64,000 nt of DNA from Prochlorococcus sp. AG-355-B18. Its GTDB lineage: Bacteria; Cyanobacteriota; Cyanobacteriia; PCC-6307; Cyanobiaceae. This document shows, piece after piece, positions 18,414 to 29,292 of the stretch. Both the position numbers and the translations under genes were made by a program. The stretch is taken from contig QCDI01000002.1 of the NCBI GenBank assembly GCA_003280965.1, forward strand, positions 1-64,000, given 5' to 3'. Under the pieces are notes generated by a model. It saw only the letters and a list, made by a program, of their open reading frames with translations. It was not told the DNA's origin and ran no database searches. How positions within the stretch are numbered: the stretch's first letter is position 1; each line of letters begins with the position of its first letter.

Positions 18414-19922
18414 TCAATTATTAAAATAATTATTAATAATTTTCAATACATTAATATAACTTGGATTTTTTTTAGAAATTTGATTACTGGAGTCATTATT
18501 TTTAAGATCATTGTCCTTATTGTGAATAAATAATTTCTTATAAAGGTTATCAATATCATTAAAAAGATAATCTCCTTTCAATTTTTCATTGAGTTCTAAA
18601 GATAATTCGGATTTCACAGATTCTTGGCAAAAATTAGTAATTTCTTCTGAACTAATTAAAACCTTATAAATTTCTTTTTTTTCTTCTGAATTAGCATTAA
18701 AGCATAAATAAATCATATTAATCATTGAACAATTACAGTTTTTGATTTTGAATTGTTTATAAATGTCTGGCCAAAATTTTAAAGATTTTAGACCTTCCAA
18801 ACCTCCTTGACTGAGAGAGTATTTATTACACCAATCTACAAATTCTGAGACATCTTTTGGACATCTTTTGAGTTCTAAAAGCATATCTGATAGAACTTGT
18901 CCTGCCTGAAAATTCCTTGTTGGTTTTCCTTCAGTTGGTAGAGTCATGCTCCCTAAGACATCAGCCTTAACAGCATTTAACTGAGAGAAAGTATAATCTC
19001 CTTTTTCACAAAATTTATCATTAATTATTTCCTTTGCACTAATTACTTCTTCACCATAACCAAGTTCTTTTAATGAAAGATATTTATTATTTAATTTATT
19101 TTCTTTTCTAACTTGTAATGATACTGACGCGGCCTGATCTAAACATTGAGTTAACAAAATCGTATTAATGGTAGGTAACATTCCTGGCTTATCGGAATGA
19201 AAGTTATTTACAAAACCTGCAAATATGGATGAGATGTTTTTTATTGATTTTATGTATTGGCATTCAATATTATGAACTCCAGGAGAAACTTGAATTTTTG
19301 GGGACATTTGATTCAAAATGCGAGCTCCTATTAAAGCAGTTAAGGCATCAGGATGGCAGAAATTTGCAGTAAAACTATCATTATGATTTCGTAAAGCACC
19401 ATGACGATGAAATCCTGTAAAAAAAGCTAAATTTGGATATTTATCACAGAGAATAAAAGGGTTTTTACTTTTATTATCAATGCAAAAAGAACCTACTAGA
19501 CAGCCAAGAACCACATTTTCTCTTTTTAAAGTTTTTCTGAGTTCTAAAGCATGTTTAACATCATCTTGTATGTGATTACTATTTGAAGCAAGAATAACTA
19601 TTTCGCATCCTAAGATAAGGTCTTTTAGATCAAAAGACTTTCTTATTCCTTCTGATGAATAATGTCCCATTCTCTTAATCTTTTCAATAGTCTCATTATC
19701 CATATCAGAAAGGACATCATTTGAGAAAGCACCTAACAAATCTCTATCTTTCCTAGGAGCTAAGAGAATATTATTTGAATTCCCATGCATAGCACAGTTA
19801 TATGCTAATGATGCAGGATATAAACCAACACTGTAAAATCCAACTTTGCTATTCTCTATATCTTCAATCAATGAATAAAAATACTTTTTATCATTTATGT
19901 TTTCTATGAAATTATTCTTCAT
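18414..19922 (-). CDS. Hypothetical protein, possibly a remote GpsA-like dehydrogenase
   Basis: 502 aa; SIKNISSIFAG, ADVLGS, TRNFQAG and LEGL align in order with the GpsA motifs ALKNVIAIAAG, GDL, SRN, AEG. Confidence 0.6.
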   Translation of the reverse strand: MKNNFIENINDKKYFYSLIEDIENSKVGFYSVGLYPASLAYNCAMHGNSNNILLAPRKDRDLLGAFSNDVLSDMDNETIEKIKRMGHYSSEGIRKSFDLKDLILGCEIVILASNSNHIQDDVKHALELRKTLKRENVVLGCLVGSFCIDNKSKNPFILCDKYPNLAFFTGFHRHGALRNHNDSFTANFCHPDALTALIGARILNQMSPKIQVSPGVHNIECQYIKSIKNISSIFAGFVNNFHSDKPGMLPTINTILLTQCLDQAASVSLQVRKENKLNNKYLSLKELGYGEEVISAKEIINDKFCEKGDYTFSQLNAVKADVLGSMTLPTEGKPTRNFQAGQVLSDMLLELKRCPKDVSEFVDWCNKYSLSQGGLEGLKSLKFWPDIYKQFKIKNCNCSMINMIYLCFNANSEEKKEIYKVLISSEEITNFCQESVKSELSLELNEKLKGDYLFNDIDNLYKKLFIHNKDNDLKNNDSSNQISKKNPSYINVLKIINNYFNN

Positions 19923-20098
19923 TTTTGGAAATTCTTGATAATTTTTTTAATTTCTTACCCATATCAATATTTTTCTACATTAAAGCAATACTTGACCATA
20001 GCAAATTATTTATTGTAAATATTGAATTTTTTAATTTATAATTTTAATGAAAAATAAAAAATTAAATTTAAAGATAAATAATCATAAATAAGGAATAT

Positions 20099-21316
20099 AT
20101 GACAAGTAATCTAAAGGTACAAAAACAATTAATTTCTTCTAAAAATATCTTAATTATTCAAGATCTTGATGGAGTTTGTATCCCTTTAGTTAAAGATGCA
20201 ATGACTAGAAAATTAGAATCAAAATATATCTATGCTGTAAAAGAGTTTGCCGAGGAATTCTTTGTATTAACTTGCGGGGAACATGAAGGTCCAAGAGGGG
20301 TAAATAGAATTATAGAAAGAAGTTTAGGAAGCACTATTGAGCCTAAAAATAAAGAACTATATCTTAGAGGTTTAGCAGCCTGTGGAGTAGAGTATCAAGA
20401 CAACAAAGGTGAAATAAGTTTTGAAGGAGTCTCAGAAAAAGAACTAAATTTTTTATCTAAAGTACCTAGTTTAATAAGACCAAAATTTAATTTTATAGTT
20501 AAGAATATTTTTCCTGAACTTAGCCAAGAAGATATCAATTTTCATGCAGTAAAATCAATATTTGAAACACGCTTCTCGCCAACGATTAATTTCAATAGTT
20601 TATTTGATTTAGTTCATAAAGATTCTGATAAAAGAAAGCTTATTCAAATTAGTTTTGAAAAAATGATGAATGAAATCATTTTAAAAGCTGAATCCGAAGG
20701 CCTCAAAAACTCATTTTTCCTTCATATTTCACCAAATTTAGGTAATAAAAATGGCAAAGAAACAATTAAACTTTCAACTCAAGATGATATAGGATCAACA
20801 GACATACAATTACTAATTAAAGGAGCAGTTAAAGATTCTGGAGTTTTATTTCTTTTAAATAAATTTATTGCGGATAAAACTGGTAAAGCTCCTTTTGGAA
20901 GAAATTTTAATTTTAGAAATTCTCCAAATTCTATTACTGGAAAAATAGATTTATGTAAAAAAACTATTCAAAAAGACGATATGCCTTTGATTATTGGAGT
21001 GGGAGACACAGTGACATCAAAAAAACATAATGGAAAGGAAATTTATTTAAGGGGAGGAAGTGACCGGTCTTTTTTAGAATTTATACAGATACTAGGCAAT
21101 GAATTTGGTATTAAAAATAAGATAATTTTTGTAGATAGTAGTTCTGGTGAAGTTGAAAGGCCCTCTACAAAAAAAACTGGCCTTAAAGGGATCAGCGATA
21201 TTGATGACAATTTAAAGTTTGATATGGTTTTTGAAAATGGCCCCAAAGAATATATATCTTGGTTTATTGAACTTGCTAGTAAGAGATCAAACTTTAAAAA
21301 AAAGTTGACTATTTAA
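20099..21316 (+). CDS. stpA: Glucosylglycerol 3-phosphatase
   Basis: IIQDLDGVCIPLVKD, TCGEHEG, GVGDTVTS, RGGSDR. Confidence 0.92.
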   Translation: MTSNLKVQKQLISSKNILIIQDLDGVCIPLVKDAMTRKLESKYIYAVKEFAEEFFVLTCGEHEGPRGVNRIIERSLGSTIEPKNKELYLRGLAACGVEYQDNKGEISFEGVSEKELNFLSKVPSLIRPKFNFIVKNIFPELSQEDINFHAVKSIFETRFSPTINFNSLFDLVHKDSDKRKLIQISFEKMMNEIILKAESEGLKNSFFLHISPNLGNKNGKETIKLSTQDDIGSTDIQLLIKGAVKDSGVLFLLNKFIADKTGKAPFGRNFNFRNSPNSITGKIDLCKKTIQKDDMPLIIGVGDTVTSKKHNGKEIYLRGGSDRSFLEFIQILGNEFGIKNKIIFVDSSSGEVERPSTKKTGLKGISDIDDNLKFDMVFENGPKEYISWFIELASKRSNFKKKLTI

Positions 21317-21348
21317 TTTCTTAATGACAATTTATAAATAATAGATTT

Positions 21349-22281
21349 ATGAAAAAAAAATTTCCATCAGTATATAAAGAACCTATAGAGACATTGCAAA
21401 TTAACATAGGTTATAAATGCAATCAGGCTTGTAAGCATTGTCATGTCAATTCAAGTCCCCTAAGGACTGAAAAAATGTCCAATGAAATAATATCTCTTAT
21501 TCCAAAAATAATTGAAAAATACAATATCAAGACCTTAGATATTACAGGAGGTGCGCCAGAATTCCACCCTGAGTTTAAAAACCTAATAAACAGTTTAAGC
21601 ACAAAACAAGTTGATATTATTGATAGGTGCAATTTGACGATTTTCTTTGAAGAAGGTTATGAAGATCTTCCGCAATTTCTTGCAAAGAATAAAGTGATAG
21701 TTACAGCTTCGCTTCCATGTTATGAAAAAAATAATGTAGATTTTCAAAGAGGTTTTGGGGTTTTTGAAAAAAGTATTAATGCTATAAAAATTCTTAATGA
21801 CTTAGGATATGGGAAGAAAGAAAGTGGATTACAATTAAATCTTGTTTACAATCCTGTAAGTCCAATCCTTCCTCCTTCTCAAGAAATATTAGAAAAGGAT
21901 TATAAAAAAATACTTTTAGAAAAATATAATATTGTTTTTAATAGCCTATACACAATAACTAATATGCCAATTAATAGATATGAAGAATCACTTAGAAGAG
22001 AAGGAAAACTAAATTCTTATTACAAATTACTAAAGGAAAATTTTAATGAAAATAATTTAGAAAATCTTATGTGTAAAAAGACAATTAGTGTAAATTGGTT
22101 AGGAGAAATTTATGATTGTGACTTTAACCAACAGATAAATTTCCGAGAGAATACAGGGCCAAAGACACTTTTTGATCTATTGGATGAATCATTTACTTTT
22201 AACTACGGGGTAGCTGTTAAAGAACATTGTTTTGCTTGCACTGCAGGTTCAGGATCAAGCTGCGGAGGTACTTTAACTTAA
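21349..22281 (+). CDS. arsS: Radical SAM protein, ArsS (arsenosugar biosynthesis) family
   Basis: CNQACKHCHV, DITGGAPE, ASLPCY, DCDFNQ, HCFACTAGSGSSCGG. Confidence 0.85.
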   Translation: MKKKFPSVYKEPIETLQINIGYKCNQACKHCHVNSSPLRTEKMSNEIISLIPKIIEKYNIKTLDITGGAPEFHPEFKNLINSLSTKQVDIIDRCNLTIFFEEGYEDLPQFLAKNKVIVTASLPCYEKNNVDFQRGFGVFEKSINAIKILNDLGYGKKESGLQLNLVYNPVSPILPPSQEILEKDYKKILLEKYNIVFNSLYTITNMPINRYEESLRREGKLNSYYKLLKENFNENNLENLMCKKTISVNWLGEIYDCDFNQQINFRENTGPKTLFDLLDESFTFNYGVAVKEHCFACTAGSGSSCGGTLT

Positions 22282-22287
22282 AATCTG

Positions 22288-22740
22288 CTAAATGCAATTA
22301 GGACATATAGCTCTTACATTTAAAGAGGATTCGATTAGTTTAAACCCATTAACTTTTGCTGCAACTTTGCCTGCTTCTAATACTTGGTCATTTTCAAATT
22401 CTTCTGTTCTTCCACACCTAATACAAATCAAATGATGATGGTCCGGTGTTTCGTTACTAAGCAATTCATATCTGTGTCCGCCCTCACTAAGTTCTAATTC
22501 ATGAAGTAAACCCATTTGTACTAAAAGTCTTAAAGTTCTATAAATTGTTGCAAGAGAAACTTTGCAACTTGTTTTAACTAACTTTTCATGAACCTCTTCA
22601 GCACTAAGATGCTTTCCAGAGCCAATATTTTCAAATAAATTAAGAACCTTTAGCCTCTGAGGAGTTAACCTCTTCCCATCTTTATGTAAACCTTCACCAA
22701 GAGGAGACGTAATGACATTGTATTGCGATGATAATGACAA
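22288..22740 (-). CDS. fur: Fur family transcriptional regulator
   Basis: RLTPQR, SLATIYRTL, HHHLICIRCG, CPNC. Confidence 0.93.
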   Translation of the reverse strand: MSLSSQYNVITSPLGEGLHKDGKRLTPQRLKVLNLFENIGSGKHLSAEEVHEKLVKTSCKVSLATIYRTLRLLVQMGLLHELELSEGGHRYELLSNETPDHHHLICIRCGRTEEFENDQVLEAGKVAAKVNGFKLIESSLNVRAICPNCI

Positions 22741-22856
22741 AATTAACCAATGGCTATTCTCAATAATAACTCTAGATGAGAGTAAAACAACTTTTTGGTT
22801 TAAAATGTTTACTAAAGTTTTTCAAAATATTATGTTAAATGTATCTTTGTATGTAA

Positions 22857-23426
22857 ATGATGAATGATCAAGAAATGTCTTCTGATAAATTATCATCGAA
22901 AGTAAACTCCTTGCTAATTATTGATATTCAGGAAAAAATAATAAGACCAATTTTTAATAAGGATTCAATAATCAAAAACATCAAAAAGCTATTAAATGCG
23001 TACCAAATTTTAGAAGAAAACATATTTATATCTGAACAAAATCCACTCAAATTGGGGGTAACGATACCTGAATTATCACCCATAGCAGGATTTAGAAAAT
23101 TTGAAAAAATGGAATTTAGCCTAGCTAAATTAGAAGATTTTTTAAAAGAACTTAAAAATAAGGAAATTAATAATTTGATAGTTTGTGGGATCGAAACGCA
23201 TATTTGTATTCAACAAACAGTCTTAGATTGTTTACAAAAAGGTTTTGAAGTTATTCTTATATCAGATGCCATGGGAAGTCGAAATAGGGTAGATCATGAA
23301 ATAGCATTACGAAGAATGACTCAGAGTGGGGCGATCTTAACTACAACTGAATCAATAATTTTTGAATTATGCAAAACTGCGGATAGAAAAGAATTTAAAG
23401 AAATTAGAAACATAATAATGAGTTAA
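22857..23426 (+). CDS. Isochorismatase family hydrolase
   Basis: LLIIDIQEK, SEQNP, GIETHICIQQT. Confidence 0.9.
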   Translation: MMNDQEMSSDKLSSKVNSLLIIDIQEKIIRPIFNKDSIIKNIKKLLNAYQILEENIFISEQNPLKLGVTIPELSPIAGFRKFEKMEFSLAKLEDFLKELKNKEINNLIVCGIETHICIQQTVLDCLQKGFEVILISDAMGSRNRVDHEIALRRMTQSGAILTTTESIIFELCKTADRKEFKEIRNIIMS

Positions 23427-23498
23427 AGAAAAATAAAGACTGGTTTGTTGTTTAGAGATAATTTAAAATTTTATTAGAGATAAATTTTTAAGGTTCAT

Positions 23499-24536
23499 TT
23501 GAATATGAAATTAGTTACTGAAAACTTTCTACTGGCAATATCTATTTTTTTTATTGGAACTTTATTGTCGATAATAATTTCTAAACTTTCAAAAATATTT
23601 TTTAAAAAGATTTCCAAAAGAACAAAAACAAATTTCGATGATTTTATTTTTGAGGTGATCTCTGGAATTATAAAACCTATAGGTTTCCTCCTATCTTTTT
23701 ATTTTTCAATTGACTATTTTTTTGCTGATGAAATAACTTTTATCTCTGTCTTATTAAATATTTTGAAATTATTTATATTAATAATTATAATAAAAGCTCT
23801 CAACAAAGTTTTAATAAGATCATTAACTGAATCGACCTCGAAAATTAATGATTCCTCAATCAGTTCAATGGTATCTTCACTTACTCCATTGATAAAAGCA
23901 TTGACATGGACTATTGGCTCAATATTTTTCTTACAAAATATTGGTGTTCAAATGACTGCTATTTGGGCTTTACTTAGTGCAGGGGGAATTGGAGCGGGAT
24001 TAGCTTTGAAAGATCCAGTTCAGGAGTTCTTTGAATATATAACAATTTTGCTTGATAAACCTTTTCAAAAAGGTGAGTTTATAAAATCTGATGGAGTCCT
24101 CGGAATGGTTGAGAGAGTGGGAGTAAGATCCTCAAGGATAAGAAGTATTAATGGAGAAGTAATAGTAATGAGCAACAGCGCGCTAACAAATGGAATAATT
24201 TCAAATTACGCACAAATGAAAAAAAGGAGGTTAGTGCATAAATTGGGAGTTGTTTATGAAACCTCTCCAAAACTTATGAAATTGATTCCAAAAATAATTA
24301 AAAAAATTGTTGAAGAGACAAAAGATGCGTCTTTTGATAGATGTCATTTCACAGATTTCGGCGAATTCAGTCTTAATTTTGAACTTGTTTATTACATCCC
24401 AACAAATAATTATCTAGCTGCAATGGAAGCTCAACAATATATAAATTTAAGAATTATTGAGGAATTTGCGGTTAATAATATAGATTTTGCATTCCCAACA
24501 CAAACCTTAAATATTGAAAGTAACAAAGCCAAATGA
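23499..24536 (+). CDS. Mechanosensitive channel, MscS family
   Basis: GLALKD, DKPFQKGEFI, VGVRSSRIRS, FAFPTQTL. Confidence 0.93.
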   Translation: MNMKLVTENFLLAISIFFIGTLLSIIISKLSKIFFKKISKRTKTNFDDFIFEVISGIIKPIGFLLSFYFSIDYFFADEITFISVLLNILKLFILIIIIKALNKVLIRSLTESTSKINDSSISSMVSSLTPLIKALTWTIGSIFFLQNIGVQMTAIWALLSAGGIGAGLALKDPVQEFFEYITILLDKPFQKGEFIKSDGVLGMVERVGVRSSRIRSINGEVIVMSNSALTNGIISNYAQMKKRRLVHKLGVVYETSPKLMKLIPKIIKKIVEETKDASFDRCHFTDFGEFSLNFELVYYIPTNNYLAAMEAQQYINLRIIEEFAVNNIDFAFPTQTLNIESNKAK

Positions 24537-25508
24537 TCTACAAATCTCTTCACTTAAAATCCATAGTTTTGAAGCCAACTCAGAATTATTTGCCTCATCA
24601 CTAACCTTACTTTCAACTAATTTATGTTTTTTAAAAGATATAAGTTTATTACTTAAATGAACATAACCAATATTATTAAAATTTGAATCAAAAACAATTT
24701 CAGAAAGTAACTTACCAGCATTTTCTATACTTTCAGAAATTCCTAAAATATTTTTAGCAACTTTAGAAAATATCAAATATCCAATGAGATTATAACGTTT
24801 ACTATATCTAAAAAAACCTGAATCATCATTTGGTATTACGAGACCGGGAGTCCAAGTAATTACAGAAATTTTACTAGATGATAATTTTAATTTTTTTGCA
24901 AGTTCTTTAGCAAACAAAATATTACATAACTTACTATTTTTATAAGATTCATCAGCATTAAAATTTAAAAATTGACCAGAAACTTTTTTTCTAAAATTAA
25001 CTAGATTATTAAGCCCTGCTTTCTTTCCTATATTTCCACCTGAGCTATTGGGATCGTGAACATCTGATGATGTAATAATGATTCTAGATTCTTCTTTATC
25101 TCTAACTAAATCTTTTAAGATATTCACTAAGTAAAAATGTGCAAGATGATTAACTGCAAAAGTTAGTTCTATCCCTTGTTTTGATACTTTAGGGTAAAAA
25201 GAACCCGTATATTGCAATCCTGCATTTAAAACAACAACATCTAAGAAAATCTTTTTACTAATAAAGTAATCCTTAATTTTTTTAACATTATCAAGATTCG
25301 AAAAATCACAATTTTCAATAATATTTAAATATTTACTGAGGTGATTTTTATCAAAATATTTCTGAATTGTTTTGAGAAATTCATTCTTTCTTAATCCAGA
25401 TTTTATTACAACGTATAAATTATTTTTCGTCTTTAGTAAATTAATGATTGCGAAAAGCCCTATACCTGAATTACCTCCAGTAATTAAAATATTTTTATTT
25501 TTAATCAT
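24507..25508 (-). CDS. SDR oxidoreductase (protochlorophyllide reductase-like)
   Basis: TGGNSGIG, LNAG, FAVNHLAHF, YKNSK. Confidence 0.88.
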   Translation of the reverse strand: MIKNKNILITGGNSGIGLFAIINLLKTKNNLYVVIKSGLRKNEFLKTIQKYFDKNHLSKYLNIIENCDFSNLDNVKKIKDYFISKKIFLDVVVLNAGLQYTGSFYPKVSKQGIELTFAVNHLAHFYLVNILKDLVRDKEESRIIITSSDVHDPNSSGGNIGKKAGLNNLVNFRKKVSGQFLNFNADESYKNSKLCNILFAKELAKKLKLSSSKISVITWTPGLVIPNDDSGFFRYSKRYNLIGYLIFSKVAKNILGISESIENAGKLLSEIVFDSNFNNIGYVHLSNKLISFKKHKLVESKVSDEANNSELASKLWILSEEICRSFGFVTFNI

Positions 25509-25729
25509 TAAACTTGCTATATATTTTTTTATAATAAAAAACTTTTTAAGTATTTTTTATTTTGTAATCTTATAAATTATTGTTAAAACACTGAAAACTT
25601 AATCACTAGTAATTGAGTAATTTGATTATTATAAATCTACTCTCATTACAAGTATTGGATGAAATATATAATCCTAGGCGCAGAAATAATTTGTTCCATA
25701 AATTTCTTTAATCATAAGATTAATATTTA

Positions 25730-27013
25730 ATGTCAAAAGAAAATATGCCAGATGTTCTTGTTTTGGGTGCAGGGCCTGCAGGTATGGCAATTGCCTCAGC
25801 TTTGGGTAAGGAAAAATTAGACGTTGAAGTGCTTTCTCCAAATGGGCCAGATGAACCTTGGCCAAACACATATGGCATTTGGGGGAAAGAAGTTGATCAA
25901 CTCGGTCTTCAGGATTTACTTGAATATAGATGGAAAAATACCGTAAGTTTTTTTGGGCATGGCGCTTTAGAAGAACAGGACGATGAGAATAAAGCTACAG
26001 AACATTCACTAGATTATGGACTATTTGATAAGAAGAAACTCCACAATTATTGGTTTAATGAATGCAATAAGTCTTTTATTAAATGGCATCAAGGCTTTGC
26101 AGACAAAATACATTTTGAAAAATACAAAAGTATAGTAACTACAAAAGATGGCAAGACTTACTCTGCAAGATTAGTAGTAGATGCAACAGGATATGATCCT
26201 GTTTTTCTTAAATTAAAATCATGTGGTCCCTTAGCAGTCCAAACTTGTTATGGGATAGTAGGTAATTTTAGTAAACCTCCACTTAAGAAAGGGCAGTTTG
26301 TATTAATGGACTATAGGAATGACCATCTTAACGATAAACAAAAAAAAGAACCGCCAACTTTTCTTTATGCCATGGATATGGGGGATGGGAAATATTTTCT
26401 TGAAGAGACATCTCTTGGTTTAGTAAATCCTCTAACAATGGAAGATTTAAAAGAGAGACTAGAGAAGAGGCTTTCTTATCGAGATATATCAATCACAAGC
26501 ATGCAACATGAAGAGCTTGGCTTATTTCTCCCTATGAATATGCCAATCCCAGATTTCAAACAACAAATACTTGGATATGGTGGTGCTGCTTCAATGGTAC
26601 ATCCTGCCTCTGGATATTTAATTGGTAATGTTTTAAGAAGAGCACCATTTGTCGCTAAGGCAGTCTCAGAAGCAATTAAAAACAAAAATCTAAGTACCTA
26701 TCATATTGCTAGAAAAGGTTGGGAAACTTTATGGTCAAAAGAATTAATTAGGAAGAAATCACTTTACCAATTTGGATTAGAAAAACTTATGAGATTTGAC
26801 GAGAAACTATTGAGAGAATTTTTTGGAAGTTTTTTCCAACTCCCTAAAAATCAATGGTATGGTTTTCTAACTGATACTCTTTCCTTAAAAGAGATTGTAT
26901 ATGCGATGTGCATAATGTTTATAAGGGCTCCATGGAGTGTAAAGAAAGGTCTTATGATTATGCATGGTAGAGAATTTAAAATGTTACTTAGAATAATATT
27001 TCCAAACATATAG
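25730..27013 (+). CDS. crtL: Lycopene cyclase CrtL (probably the epsilon/bifunctional type)
   Basis: GAGPAG, NTYGIW, PTFLYAMD, FLEETSL, VHPASGY. Confidence 0.9.
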   Translation: MSKENMPDVLVLGAGPAGMAIASALGKEKLDVEVLSPNGPDEPWPNTYGIWGKEVDQLGLQDLLEYRWKNTVSFFGHGALEEQDDENKATEHSLDYGLFDKKKLHNYWFNECNKSFIKWHQGFADKIHFEKYKSIVTTKDGKTYSARLVVDATGYDPVFLKLKSCGPLAVQTCYGIVGNFSKPPLKKGQFVLMDYRNDHLNDKQKKEPPTFLYAMDMGDGKYFLEETSLGLVNPLTMEDLKERLEKRLSYRDISITSMQHEELGLFLPMNMPIPDFKQQILGYGGAASMVHPASGYLIGNVLRRAPFVAKAVSEAIKNKNLSTYHIARKGWETLWSKELIRKKSLYQFGLEKLMRFDEKLLREFFGSFFQLPKNQWYGFLTDTLSLKEIVYAMCIMFIRAPWSVKKGLMIMHGREFKMLLRIIFPNI

Positions 27014-27020
27014 TTTAAAA

Positions 27021-27728
27021 ATGAGAACCATACTAATAAGTGGAGCAAGTAGAGGTATTGGATTTTATATTGCACATAAAGAATTAAAAGAAGGCAATAG
27101 AATTAGTGTTGGCATAAGAGATTTAGAATCATTAAAAGGAAGCGCTATTGATCCAAAAAAATGGCCAGAAGGGAAAATTATAATCAACCACTATGATGCA
27201 TTAAAAAAAATTACAGCCGAAAATTGGATAAAGAATACCGTAGATGAATTTGGAGGATTTGATTCAGTAATAAATTGTTCTGGAGTATTATCGAAAGTTC
27301 CTTTCTTATACAAAGATGGTGATGAAGAAGATATTTTAAATACATTAAATATTAATTTTTTAGCAATTTGGAATTTATGTAGGCTTTCTTGGGATCATTT
27401 ATGTAACTCAGGCAGAGGAAGAATTATTGTTTTAGTTTCAATGAGTGGGAAAAGATCTAAAGGCGATTTAGCCGCTTATTCTTCTTCAAAGTTTGCTTTG
27501 ATGGGATTATGCCAAACTATGAAAAATAAAGGTTGGGATAAAAATATAAGGGTTTCAGCAATTTGCCCAAGCTGGGTTAATACAAAAATGGCCCAAAATA
27601 TCTCTTCCTTAGACAAATCAAGCATGACACAACCTGAAGATATTGCTGAAATATGCTCAACTATTCTGAAGTTACCTACTCAATCAGTTCCATTTGAAAT
27701 TGCCTTAAATTGTAATTATGAAATTTAA
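27021..27728 (+). CDS. SDR family oxidoreductase
   Basis: SGASRGIG, YSSSK. Confidence 0.9.
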   Translation: MRTILISGASRGIGFYIAHKELKEGNRISVGIRDLESLKGSAIDPKKWPEGKIIINHYDALKKITAENWIKNTVDEFGGFDSVINCSGVLSKVPFLYKDGDEEDILNTLNINFLAIWNLCRLSWDHLCNSGRGRIIVLVSMSGKRSKGDLAAYSSSKFALMGLCQTMKNKGWDKNIRVSAICPSWVNTKMAQNISSLDKSSMTQPEDIAEICSTILKLPTQSVPFEIALNCNYEI

Positions 27729-28267
27729 CCTAAATTAAAAATTAAGTAAGCCATTGAAAGCATTGCAATTGCAATAAATAAACCTTTTATTCGATTAGTT
27801 AATAATGAGAAAAGAGCTAAATCTTCAGAAAAGTATCCGCCAAAACTACCTGTAATAAATAATACAACCATTGGCAGAGATGCCATTCCGAATGAATAAG
27901 ATATAGATTTTACAAACCCAAAATTTAAATAATTAAAAATCAAGGAACTTAATGAAAACAATAAAAAAGATGCAAATAGAGTTATGGAAACTTCAGCATC
28001 TAAAGTGTGAGGTAAGCTACCCTTTAATTCAAATTGCTTTTTACATTCTCTAATTTGTCTTTTAGAAAGCTTTAAATAACCAGTTTCAGGAATTCTTTGC
28101 GACTTATATTTTCTTAGTAATCTTGCTTCAAGAGTTTCTGGCTCCTTCGTCATAATTGATGTTAATAATTCATCTGGCTTTAATTTCTTAATTTTCTTTT
28201 CAAGATTATCTGTTTTCCCAATCCTATAAAGGTCACCTACTCTAATAAGGTAAACATATCCCGACAT
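27725..28267 (-). CDS. GIY-YIG/T5orf172-like domain membrane protein
   Basis: GYVYLI...YRIGKT N-terminus plus C-terminal TM helices. Confidence 0.75.
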   Translation of the reverse strand: MSGYVYLIRVGDLYRIGKTDNLEKKIKKLKPDELLTSIMTKEPETLEARLLRKYKSQRIPETGYLKLSKRQIRECKKQFELKGSLPHTLDAEVSITLFASFLLFSLSSLIFNYLNFGFVKSISYSFGMASLPMVVLFITGSFGGYFSEDLALFSLLTNRIKGLFIAIAMLSMAYLIFNLG

Positions 28268-28342
28268 TTGCGTTGTAAAATTAATACTGTTCCTAACTTA
28301 GATAATACTAAAAGAATTAGGGAAATTAAAAGTTTTTACAAT

Positions 28343-29002
28343 ATGAAAAACGATATTTTATATTCATTTCGAAGATGTCCATATGCAATTCGTGCGAGAT
28401 GGGCCCTGTTAATTTGTGAAACAAAAGTAGAAATAAGAGAAATTGATTTAAAAAATAAACCTCTAGATTTTTTAAATAATTCAAAAACGAAAACGGTTCC
28501 AATACTTATAAAAAAAAATAGTGAAGTTATTGAAGAAAGTCTTGAAATCATCCTTTGGGCTCTCTCGGAGTCAAAAAAGGAAAACATCAAATTAATTTAT
28601 TTTCCTGAGGACAAAAAGGAAAATATTTTTGAAATAATTAATGAAAACGATAACGAATTTAAATATCATTTAGATCGATTTAAGTATGCTACGAGATATA
28701 AGAATAGTGATGAAGAATTTCATTTCACAAATGCGATTAAATTTATAAAGAGATGGAACGAACTTCTTGAGGGAAACAAATACCTATTTGGAGATAGCCC
28801 TACAATCGCTGATTGGTCTATTTGGCCTTTTGTAAGACAATTTAGAATCGCTTGTGAAAGTCAAAAAAGAACAAATTATTTTGAATCCTCAATAAAAAAC
28901 TGGTTAGATTCATTTGAGAAAAATAGAGAATTTAAATCCTTAATGTATAAATACGAATTATGGGAACCATACTCTAGAAAGAATTATTTCCCATCTAATT
29001 AA
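28343..29002 (+). CDS. Glutathione S-transferase family protein
   Basis: LYSFRRCPYAIRAR, TVPIL, ESLEI, ADWSIWPFVRQF; ATG at 28343 chosen as start. Confidence 0.9.
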   Translation: MKNDILYSFRRCPYAIRARWALLICETKVEIREIDLKNKPLDFLNNSKTKTVPILIKKNSEVIEESLEIILWALSESKKENIKLIYFPEDKKENIFEIINENDNEFKYHLDRFKYATRYKNSDEEFHFTNAIKFIKRWNELLEGNKYLFGDSPTIADWSIWPFVRQFRIACESQKRTNYFESSIKNWLDSFEKNREFKSLMYKYELWEPYSRKNYFPSN

Positions 29003-29256
29003 CTTTCCAACAACTTCCTTTTCTCAATTATTCTTGCTAACTCCAAAAAATATCCTGCAGTCCTAAATTTGCCTATATTTTTTTCCTTAAAATCAAGATC
29101 GCTTCTAATTTCTGCAGTCTCCGCCATAAGCAAATCCAAATCATTTGATCCAAGACTGTACAATTCACCAAGTTCGATTTCCCTTCCGAGTAAATGACTC
29201 CTAAACCACTTCCCTTTATTTTCTTGAGGTGGAATATCGTAGGGAGTAAATGACAT
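28999..29256 (-). CDS. Hypothetical protein
   Basis: 85-aa ORF. Confidence 0.75.
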   Translation of the reverse strand: MSFTPYDIPPQENKGKWFRSHLLGREIELGELYSLGSNDLDLLMAETAEIRSDLDFKEKNIGKFRTAGYFLELARIIEKRKLLES

Positions 29257-29292
29257 TAAGATAAAATTTAGGCTATTACCATTCTAGGGTTC

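Noticed and set aside
27725..28267. GIY-YIG-like gene as a homing endonuclease or mobile element
   Set aside because: It is fused to TM helices, sits among core genes, and shows no intron or insertion signatures.
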